Source: Clostridia bacterium
GTDB lineage: Bacteria; Bacillota; Clostridia; RGIG6154
Direction: 5' to 3'
NCBI GenBank assembly: GCA_045589295.1
Contig: JAZNOU010000012.1
Span: forward strand, 165,353-229,352
DNA length: 64,000 nt
Shown: positions 56,867 through 64,000 of the stretch, one piece after another
Layout: each line of letters opens with the position of its first letter
Numbering within the stretch: position 1 is the stretch's first letter
The notes under the pieces: model-generated
What the model was told of the DNA's origin: nothing
The model's input: only the letters and a program-made list of their open reading frames with translations
The model's database searches: none
Made by a program: the position numbers and the translations under genes

Positions 56867-57307
56867 ATGAAGCTTAGTGAATTATCACCAGCTCCAGGTT
56901 CTGTTAGAGAACACTACAGAAAAGGAAGAGGTCATGCTTCAGGTAATGGTAAACAGGCTGGCCGTGGTCACAAAGGTCAGAACGCTCGTACAGGCGGCGG
57001 TGTAAGACCGGGTTTTGAAGGCGGACAGATGCCATTATACAGAAGATTGCCTAAGAGAGGCTTCACAAATATTTTTGCTAAAAAATATGTAGAAGTTAAC
57101 CTTTCAGCACTTAACGTATTTGAAGAAGGTTCAGTTGTTACAGCTGAATTGTTAAAGAATATGGGTATTATCAGTAAAGTATGCGATGGTATCGTTATTT
57201 TAGGTAACGGTGACATCGAAAAGAAACTTACAGTAAAGGCCGCTAAATTCACCAAGTCAGCACAGGATAAAATAGTTGCTGCCGGCGGAAAGGCAGAGGT
57301 GGTATAA
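56867..57307 (+). CDS. rplO: 50S ribosomal protein L15
   Basis: Conserved L15 sequence. Confidence 0.95.
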   Translation: MKLSELSPAPGSVREHYRKGRGHASGNGKQAGRGHKGQNARTGGGVRPGFEGGQMPLYRRLPKRGFTNIFAKKYVEVNLSALNVFEEGSVVTAELLKNMGIISKVCDGIVILGNGDIEKKLTVKAAKFTKSAQDKIVAAGGKAEVV

Positions 57308-57308
57308 G

Positions 57309-58586
57309 ATGTTTCAGACATTAGCAAATGCCTGGAAGGTACCGGAACTTAGAAAAAAAATGATTTATACTATCTTACTTTTGGTAGTATTCAGGTTTGG
57401 TTCAATTATCCCTGTTCCGGGACTTGACAAATCAGTTTTGGCAGCACTTGTTGCTGAAGGTTCAAACTCATTGTTTGGTTTCTTTGACACCATCAGTGGT
57501 GGTGCATTCGGAAATGCAACAATTTTCGCAATGAGCATCACACCATATATCAACTCATCAATTATTATGCAGCTTTTGACAATAGCCATTCCGGCTCTTG
57601 AAAGATTGTCAAAAGAAGGCGAAGAAGGCAGAAAGAAAATTGCAACTTACACAAGATATTTAACTGTTGTTTTGGCTTTCATTCAGGCATCAGGCCTTTA
57701 TGCAGCACTTCAGGCGTCTGTTTCACAGACAGGTTTCTTGTCATTTGTTACAATTACACTTACTTTCACAGCAGGTACTGCATTCTTGATGTGGTTGGGT
57801 GAAAAAATGACCGAAAAAGGTGTTGGTAATGGTATTTCGCTCATCATCTTTGTAGGTATTATTTCAAGAGCAGATGACGGCGTTAAGGCACTCTTTAGTT
57901 ATATGGCTGGTAAGATGTATAGCTTTTGGAGTATTGTTGCAGTAGTAGTTTTCTTATTACTTGCACTTGCAATCGTTGGTTTCGTTGTTCTTATCAATGC
58001 AGGTGAAAGAAGAATTCCTGTTCAGTACGCTAAAAGAGTTGTTGGCAGAAAGATGTATGGTGGCCAAAGCACACACATTCCGCTTAAGGTTTGTATGGCA
58101 GGCGTTATTCCGATTATCTTTGCAATGTCAATCCTGGCATTCCCTGCAACAATTGTTCAGCTCTTCAGCGCGAACCCTACAGGATTCTGGAAAGGCTTTT
58201 TGGACTTGTTTAATTCAAACAGCTGGTTCTATGCAGTAATTTATTTCTTGCTTATAATTTTCTTCACTTATTTCTACACTTCAATACAGTTTAATCCTAT
58301 TGAAATGGCGAATAACATGAAGGCAAATGGCGGATTTGTTCCAGGTATCAGACCTGGCAGACCTACTTCAGAATATATTGCTAAAGTATTGTCTAGAGTA
58401 ACATTAATCGGTGCTATTGCACTCGGTATTGTTGCTATCATTCCGATTGTATTAAGCAATGTTACAAGCATGAACATTGGCATTGGCGGAACTTCAATCC
58501 TGATTGTTGTAAGCGTTGCGCTTGAAACAGTAAATCAGCTTGAATCCCAGATGCTTATGCGTCACTATAAAGGGTTTTTAGAGTAA
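57309..58586 (+). CDS. secY: preprotein translocase subunit SecY
   Basis: An ATG at 57309 begins MFQTLANAWKVPELRKK; the product has ten TM helices. Confidence 0.95.
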   Translation: MFQTLANAWKVPELRKKMIYTILLLVVFRFGSIIPVPGLDKSVLAALVAEGSNSLFGFFDTISGGAFGNATIFAMSITPYINSSIIMQLLTIAIPALERLSKEGEEGRKKIATYTRYLTVVLAFIQASGLYAALQASVSQTGFLSFVTITLTFTAGTAFLMWLGEKMTEKGVGNGISLIIFVGIISRADDGVKALFSYMAGKMYSFWSIVAVVVFLLLALAIVGFVVLINAGERRIPVQYAKRVVGRKMYGGQSTHIPLKVCMAGVIPIIFAMSILAFPATIVQLFSANPTGFWKGFLDLFNSNSWFYAVIYFLLIIFFTYFYTSIQFNPIEMANNMKANGGFVPGIRPGRPTSEYIAKVLSRVTLIGAIALGIVAIIPIVLSNVTSMNIGIGGTSILIVVSVALETVNQLESQMLMRHYKGFLE

Positions 58587-58615
58587 AAAATACAACTTAT
58601 TTAAGGGGCTTTGTT

Positions 58616-59254
58616 ATGAAAATTATTTTACTTGGAGCGCCCGGCGCCGGAAAAGGTACTCAGGCCGAACAAATTTCTCAGAAATTGAATATTCCGGCTA
58701 TATCAACAGGCTTTATCATAAGACAGGCAATAGCTGATAAAACACAGGTTGGTATTATGGCTAAGGATTACATTGATAAAGGCTTGTTGTTGCCAGATGA
58801 TGTTGTAATAAAACTATTACTGGAAAGACTTGAAAATGATGATTGCAAAAACGGATATATCTTAGACGGATTTCCGAGAACAATTGCTCAGGCAGAGGCG
58901 TTGGAAACACACAATATCTTAATTGATAAAGTGGTTGACCTTGAGCTTGAAGATGAAGAAATCATCAGAAGACTTTCAGGAAGAAGAGAATGCTCAAATT
59001 GCGGCAGAACATACCACATTGAGCATAACAAACCAAGTGTAGACGGCAAATGTGATTCTTGCGGCGCACATTTAGTGTGTCGTAAGGATGACGAGCCTGA
59101 AACTATAAAAAACAGACTGGCAGTTTACCACAAACAAACAGAACCTTTGAAAGAATTTTACAGTAAAAAGGGACTTTTGATTAAGGTAGACAGTCAAGGT
59201 GGAGTAGCAAAAACTACTGACAAGGTTTTTGAAGCGATGGGAGTAAGTTTATGA
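58616..59254 (+). CDS. adk: adenylate kinase (Cys4 zinc-lid type)
   Basis: It has a GAPGAGKGT P-loop and the lid cysteines CSNC...CDSC. Confidence 0.95.
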   Translation: MKIILLGAPGAGKGTQAEQISQKLNIPAISTGFIIRQAIADKTQVGIMAKDYIDKGLLLPDDVVIKLLLERLENDDCKNGYILDGFPRTIAQAEALETHNILIDKVVDLELEDEEIIRRLSGRRECSNCGRTYHIEHNKPSVDGKCDSCGAHLVCRKDDEPETIKNRLAVYHKQTEPLKEFYSKKGLLIKVDSQGGVAKTTDKVFEAMGVSL

Positions 59255-60006
59255 TAAGCGTTAAATCACTTCGGGAGATTGAACTTATGAGGTCAGCAGG
59301 CAAAATAACTGCTGAAACATTAATGCTTTTGGAAGAAAGCGCAGTTCCCGGAATTTCAACGCTTGAGCTTGACAAAATTGCTGAAAACTATATCAGAAAG
59401 TGCGGTGCAGTGCCGTCATTTAAGAATTACGGTGGTTTCCCAGGAAGCATTTGTGCTTCTGTTAATGATGAGGTTATCCACGGAATTCCGTCTAAAAACA
59501 GGATGCTTAGGGAAGGCGATATTATAAGCTTTGATGTTGGCGCTTGTTTTAAAGGCTATCATGGTGACGCTGCAAGAACAGTTGGTATTGGTAAAATATC
59601 CGATGATGCACAAAAACTGATTGATGTTACAAAACAGAGCTTTTTTGAAGGAATTGAATTTTGCAAACCTTCAAATCGTGTTTCTGACATCTCTGCTGCA
59701 GTGCAGAAGTATGCCGAAAGTTTCGGTTACGGCGTTGTAAGAGATTATGTGGGGCACGGTATCGGCTCAAATTTGCATGAGGCTCCTGAAGTTCCTAATT
59801 TTGCGGATATTTCAAGGGGAAGAGGTGCAAGACTTGTCGCAGGTATGACGATTGCAATTGAACCTATGATTAATATGGGCGACTACAGAGTTAAAGTTTT
59901 AGATGATGATTGGACAGTCAAAACTCTGGACGGCTGCTTGTCTGCCCATTATGAAAATACCGTTCTTATTACAAGCGGAAAACCTGAAATTTTAACGCTA
60001 CTTTAA
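59251..60006 (+). CDS. map: type I methionine aminopeptidase
   Basis: Conserved metal-ligand residues in the pita-bread fold. Confidence 0.95.
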   Translation: MISVKSLREIELMRSAGKITAETLMLLEESAVPGISTLELDKIAENYIRKCGAVPSFKNYGGFPGSICASVNDEVIHGIPSKNRMLREGDIISFDVGACFKGYHGDAARTVGIGKISDDAQKLIDVTKQSFFEGIEFCKPSNRVSDISAAVQKYAESFGYGVVRDYVGHGIGSNLHEAPEVPNFADISRGRGARLVAGMTIAIEPMINMGDYRVKVLDDDWTVKTLDGCLSAHYENTVLITSGKPEILTLL

Positions 60007-60027
60007 AATTCGTAGAGGTGATTTTAA

Positions 60028-60300
60028 TTGGACGTTTACCCCGGGCTTATTGTTAAATCAACAGCTGGAAGGGATAAAGACAAATTTTTCGTGGTTCTAG
60101 GCATTATAGATGATATTTATTGTCTTATAGCCGATGGAAGAACCAGAAAAGTGGATATGCCCAAAAAGAAAAAAATTAAGCATTTAGTTTTTTTAGATGC
60201 TTGTTCTGAGGGTATAAAAGACAAAATTGAAACCGCTCAGACGGTTACCAATTCAATGGTCAGAAAAGAATTAAAGTCTTTTGAAGACTTTGAAATGTAG
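60028..60300 (+). CDS. KOW domain-containing small RNA-binding protein (YbzG-like)
   Basis: The 90-aa product sits between map and infA, as in Bacillus. Confidence 0.6.
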   Translation: MDVYPGLIVKSTAGRDKDKFFVVLGIIDDIYCLIADGRTRKVDMPKKKKIKHLVFLDACSEGIKDKIETAQTVTNSMVRKELKSFEDFEM

Positions 60301-60329
60301 CTAAATTTCTTATTAAGGAGTGTGTATCC

Positions 60330-60548
60330 ATGTCGAAAGACGATATGCTGGAACTTGAAGGAACAGTTGTAGAATCACTTCCTAATGCGATGTTCCAAGT
60401 TGAACTTGAAAACGGACATGTGATTTTGGCTCACATTGCAGGTAAACTTCGTATGAATTTCATAAGAATTTTACCAGGTGATAAGGTTACGGTTGAAATG
60501 AGCCCGTATGACCTTACTCGTGGCAGAATAACATGGCGTGCTAAATAA
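60330..60548 (+). CDS. infA: translation initiation factor IF-1
   Basis: The 72-aa S1-like OB fold is almost invariant. Confidence 0.95.
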   Translation: MSKDDMLELEGTVVESLPNAMFQVELENGHVILAHIAGKLRMNFIRILPGDKVTVEMSPYDLTRGRITWRAK

Positions 60549-60614
60549 TTATAAAAATTGCGTTAAGGCAAATATCGCCGTAAATTACGGCTGAAAAAAT
60601 GGAGGTTATTTTTT

Positions 60615-60728
60615 ATGAAAGTCAGACCATCCGTAAAACCTATTTGCGAAAAATGTAAAATCATTAAGCGCAAAGGAAACATTATGGTAATTTGTGAAAA
60701 TCCAAAACACAAACAGAAGCAAGGCTGA
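60615..60728 (+). CDS. rpmJ: 50S ribosomal protein L36 (zinc-binding)
   Basis: The 37-aa product is [37 protein letters not shown]; it is absent from the ORF track. Confidence 0.9.
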   Translation: MKVRPSVKPICEKCKIIKRKGNIMVICENPKHKQKQG

Positions 60729-60749
60729 TAAAAGGAGGTGTAAGACTTT

Positions 60750-61118
60750 ATGGCAAGAATAGCAGGTGTTGACTTACCACGTGAAAAACGTGTTGAAATC
60801 GGACTTACTTATATCTATGGCATAGGTGTTAGTTTATCGAGAAAAATTCTTGAAAAAACAGGTGTAAATCCTGACACAAGAGTTAAAGATTTGACAGAAG
60901 ATGAAGTTTCAAAACTTCGTGATATTATCGATAAGGAATGTACAGTAGAAGGTGATTTAAGACGTCAGACAGCTCTTGATATCAAGCGTCTTATGGAAAT
61001 CGGCTGTTACAGAGGCTTAAGACACAGAAGAGGTCTTCCTTGCAGAGGTCAGAGAACAAAGACTAATGCGAGAACAAGAAAAGGTCCTAAAAAGACTATC
61101 GCAAATAAGAAGAAGTAA
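60750..61118 (+). CDS. rpsM: 30S ribosomal protein S13
   Basis: Conserved S13 sequence. Confidence 0.95.
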   Translation: MARIAGVDLPREKRVEIGLTYIYGIGVSLSRKILEKTGVNPDTRVKDLTEDEVSKLRDIIDKECTVEGDLRRQTALDIKRLMEIGCYRGLRHRRGLPCRGQRTKTNARTRKGPKKTIANKKK

Positions 61119-61130
61119 GGAGGCAATGAG

Positions 61131-61529
61131 ATGGCAAAAACTGCTACAAAGAAAACCGTCAGAAGACGTAGAGAAAGAAAAAATATTGAAAAAGGTGCAG
61201 TTCATATTAATTCTACCTTTAACAATACTATTGTTACAATTACTGACACTCAGGGTAATGCTATTTCATGGGCAAGTGCCGGCGAATTAGGTTTCAAAGG
61301 TTCTAAAAAATCAACTCCGTTTGCTGCACAGATGGCAGCAGAAACAGCAGCAAAAGCTGCTCAGGAACACGGTCTTAAGAGCGTAGAAGTATACGTTAAA
61401 GGACCTGGTGCCGGAAGAGAAGCTGCAATCAGAGCACTTCAGGCAGTTGGACTTGATGTAAACATGATTAAGGACGTTACACCTATTCCTCACAACGGTT
61501 GCAGACCGCCTAAGAGAAGAAGAGTGTGA
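61131..61529 (+). CDS. rpsK: 30S ribosomal protein S11
   Basis: Conserved S11 sequence. Confidence 0.95.
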   Translation: MAKTATKKTVRRRRERKNIEKGAVHINSTFNNTIVTITDTQGNAISWASAGELGFKGSKKSTPFAAQMAAETAAKAAQEHGLKSVEVYVKGPGAGREAAIRALQAVGLDVNMIKDVTPIPHNGCRPPKRRRV

Positions 61530-61579
61530 TTTTTGATTAATAACTTTGTTAAATATTAAAAAACGGAGGTAAGAGTAAT

Positions 61580-62206
61580 ATGGCAAGATATACAGGTGCT
61601 GTATGCAGACTCTGCAGACGTGAGGGCATGAAGCTTTACTTGAAAGGCGAACGTTGCTATACTGACAAGTGCAGTATCAAGAAAAGACAGTATGCTCCAG
61701 GTCAGCATGGTCAGGGAAGAAAAAAATTGTCAGAATACGGCGTTCAGCTTAGAGAAAAGCAGAAAGCTAGACGTTATTATGGTATATTGGAAGGTCAGTT
61801 CAGACATTATTTTGAATTGGCTGAAAAGAAACAGGGTATCACCGGTGAAAACCTGTTGTCAATTTTAGAAACAAGACTTGACAACGTTGCTTACAGATTG
61901 GGCATCGGTACTTCACGTGCTGAAGCAAGACAGCTTGTAAGACATGGTCACGTTTTGGTTAACGGTAAAAAAGTTAACATTCCTTCTTTCTTAGTTTCAG
62001 TAGGCGATGTTATCACATTGAAGGAAGCTAGCAGAGGTTCTGAAAAAATTAAAGCTGTTTTAGAAGCAACCTCAGGTAGAGCTGTTCCAAAGTGGCTTGA
62101 CTATAACAGAGATACTTTAGAAGCTAAGGTTATCGCTGCTCCTGCAAGAGACGATATTGATCTCGAAATTGCAGAACACTTAATCGTTGAGTTGTATTCT
62201 AAATAA
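61580..62206 (+). CDS. rpsD: 30S ribosomal protein S4
   Basis: Conserved S4 sequence with an N-terminal Zn-ribbon-like CRLCRREG...C. Confidence 0.95.
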   Translation: MARYTGAVCRLCRREGMKLYLKGERCYTDKCSIKKRQYAPGQHGQGRKKLSEYGVQLREKQKARRYYGILEGQFRHYFELAEKKQGITGENLLSILETRLDNVAYRLGIGTSRAEARQLVRHGHVLVNGKKVNIPSFLVSVGDVITLKEASRGSEKIKAVLEATSGRAVPKWLDYNRDTLEAKVIAAPARDDIDLEIAEHLIVELYSK

Positions 62207-62271
62207 TAAAATCAGCTCGTAGCAAGCGAACGTTCCTGCCCTAAAAGGTGGGCTTGTAAAGGAGGGTTAAT

Positions 62272-63225
62272 ATGTTAGAAATGCAAAAGCCTGAAATAGA
62301 GTGCGTCGAAATGGCTCCGGACGGAACTTACGGCAAATTTGTTGTAGAACCGTTGGAAAGAGGCTATGGTATTACAATTGGTAACTCTTTAAGACGTACA
62401 CTTTTATCCTCATTACCCGGTGCTGCTGCATCTTTCATCAAAATTGAAGGTGTTCAGCATGAATTTTCATCAATTCCGGGCGTAAAAGAAGATGTTGTTG
62501 AGATTATTCTTAACATTAAAAATTTACATGTAAAGCTCCATGAACCGGGACCGAAGCTCGTTTATATCGAGGCTTCAGGTAAAGGCGTTGTTACAGCAGG
62601 TGACATTAAAGCTGACTCAGGAGTTGAAATTTTAAATCCTGACCTTCATATTGCAACTTTAAATGAAGATGCAAAGCTTAACATGGAAATTACGCTTACA
62701 TCAGGTAGAGGATATGTTTCTGCTGATAAAAATCGTATGGAAAGCCAGTCAATTATCGGAATTATTCCTGTTGACTCAATCTATACACCTGTTACAAAGG
62801 TTAACTATCAGATTGAAAACACCCGCGTTGGCCACGTAACCGACTATGACAAACTTACAGTTGAAGTTTGGACAAACGGTACAATCCAGCCGGACAAGGC
62901 AGTAAGCCTTGCTGCACAGATTTTAACAGAACACTTAAAACTTTTCCTTGATTTGTCTGAAGGTGTGGCACATACTGAGGTGCTTGTAAGCAAGACAGAT
63001 ACTAAAAAAGAAAAAGTTATGGAAATGACAATCGAAGAACTTGATTTGTCAGTTCGTTCTTACAACTGCTTGAAACGTGCAGGTGTTAATACTGTTGAAG
63101 ATTTAGCAGGAAAGACCGAAGAAGATATGATGAGAGTAAGAAATCTTGGTAAAAAATCTTTGGAAGAAGTGCTTAACAAGATGGAAAGCCTCGGTCTTAA
63201 TTTGAGAAAAGAAGAAGACGAATAA
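62272..63225 (+). CDS. rpoA: DNA-directed RNA polymerase subunit alpha
   Basis: Conserved N- and C-terminal alpha-subunit domains. Confidence 0.95.
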   Translation: MLEMQKPEIECVEMAPDGTYGKFVVEPLERGYGITIGNSLRRTLLSSLPGAAASFIKIEGVQHEFSSIPGVKEDVVEIILNIKNLHVKLHEPGPKLVYIEASGKGVVTAGDIKADSGVEILNPDLHIATLNEDAKLNMEITLTSGRGYVSADKNRMESQSIIGIIPVDSIYTPVTKVNYQIENTRVGHVTDYDKLTVEVWTNGTIQPDKAVSLAAQILTEHLKLFLDLSEGVAHTEVLVSKTDTKKEKVMEMTIEELDLSVRSYNCLKRAGVNTVEDLAGKTEEDMMRVRNLGKKSLEEVLNKMESLGLNLRKEEDE

Positions 63226-63268
63226 TTCGTCTACGTGAGTTTTATCCCTACAAAAAGGAGGTTTTAAA

Positions 63269-63610
63269 ATGCCGGGAACAAGAAAGTTGGGCCGTGCAAC
63301 TGCCCACAGACAGGCAATGCTCAGAAATTTAACAACATCACTTTTGGAAAACGGTAAAATGGTTACAACCGAAACAAGAGCAAAAGAAGTTAGATGCTTA
63401 GCTGAAAAAATGATCACTCTTGGTAAGAAGAATACTCTTCACACAAGACGTCAGGCTCTTGCTTTTATCACAAAAGAAGACGTTGTTACAAAGCTGTTCA
63501 GTGAAATAGCTCCAAAATATGCTGAAAGAAACGGCGGATATACCAGAATTATTAAAATGGCTCCAAGAAGAGGAGACGGCGCTTCACAGGCACTTATTGA
63601 ATTAGTATAA
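63269..63610 (+). CDS. rplQ: 50S ribosomal protein L17
   Basis: Conserved L17 sequence. Confidence 0.95.
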   Translation: MPGTRKLGRATAHRQAMLRNLTTSLLENGKMVTTETRAKEVRCLAEKMITLGKKNTLHTRRQALAFITKEDVVTKLFSEIAPKYAERNGGYTRIIKMAPRRGDGASQALIELV

Positions 63611-63622
63611 TTTAATAACTTA

Positions 63623-63651
63623 AATCCACCCTTTTTAAGGGTGGATTTTTT
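63623..63651 (+). terminator. intrinsic terminator ending the alpha operon
   Basis: The hairpin AATCCACCC-TTTTTA-AGGGTGGATT is followed by five T. Confidence 0.8.
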
Positions 63652-63722
63652 GTGCCTTATATTGACAAGTTGGTTACTGTGGGGTATAATAAAATATATT
63701 TATATAGTAAAGGAGAAAGTAT

Positions 63723-64000
63723 ATGAGAAAGATTATTAGCATTTTATTGTGCCTTTCAATGCTTTTGAGTGTTACTTCTGTTTTTGCTGCAGAGCCAATC
63801 TCAAAGGTATTAGACGACACAAACATTGTAAATGTAACAGGCTATGTTGAAAGTGGCGATACTGTTAACATCTTGCTTTTAGATGATAATAAGGACGTTA
63901 AATACATCAACGAGTTCCCTGTTAACGCTACAGACAAAACCTACAGAGCCAAATTTAAGTATGAAGATAAAATTGAAGGTCTTACACTTTCTGTAAGGCA
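63723..64000 (+). CDS. secreted protein, 5' partial at window end
   Basis: A GGAGAAAG ribosome-binding site precedes a signal peptide (MRKIISILLCLSMLLSVTSVFAAEP). The ORF runs off the window. Confidence 0.5.
   Translation, partial: MRKIISILLCLSMLLSVTSVFAAEPISKVLDDTNIVNVTGYVESGDTVNILLLDDNKDVKYINEFPVNATDKTYRAKFKYEDKIEGLTLSVR

Overview
This is a low-GC Firmicutes (Clostridia-like) chromosomal window, gene-dense on both strands, with no transposases, integrases or CRISPR arrays. From start to end it contains:

- **0–7.5 kb:** the tail of a division/cell-wall cluster (ftsW/spoVE-family, murA, ftsQ/divIB); an FMN riboswitch controlling a RibU-type riboflavin transporter; a hemolysin-III family gene; a FHA→VanZ operon on the minus strand; and a LysM–M23 peptidase.
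- **7.5–12.1 kb:** a compact operon behind a consensus promoter. It encodes a PqqD-family (RiPP recognition element) protein, a soluble S26/S24-type Ser/His peptidase, a fused ABC exporter, a secreted protein, an unannotated 53-aa ORF whose N-terminus carries a lasso-peptide-like leader motif (YxKPxLEV), and an HPr-kinase-related kinase. No lasso cyclase or B2 protease is present. I consider this the best candidate for an undescribed peptide-modification and export system.
- **12–23.3 kb:** a cell-surface/S-layer locus with three SLH-domain proteins, including a 2408-aa giant with tandem Listeria-Bacteroides-type repeats and an about 1,300-aa acidic helical tail, plus an orphan Wzz/CpsC-like protein.
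- **23.4–32.6 kb:** secD and secF, then an about 600-nt GC-rich ORF-free island followed by a small 4-TM protein and dxs-tlyA-nadK-argR-recN. This is the classic OLE RNA / oapA genomic context.
- **32.6–47.8 kb:** accessory genes, namely an RseC-like gene, a putative GH26 hydrolase, a heterodimeric ABC exporter, a polysaccharide deacetylase, an S8 peptidase, an amidase, YbaK, YpsA-like and XRE genes, a solitary tRNA-Lys(CTT), a HAD phosphatase, a beta-lactamase-fold hydrolase and a GH28 hydrolase.
- **48.1–63.6 kb:** the complete S10-spc-alpha ribosomal protein operon (rpsJ through rplQ, including secY, adk, map, infA, rpmJ and rpoA).
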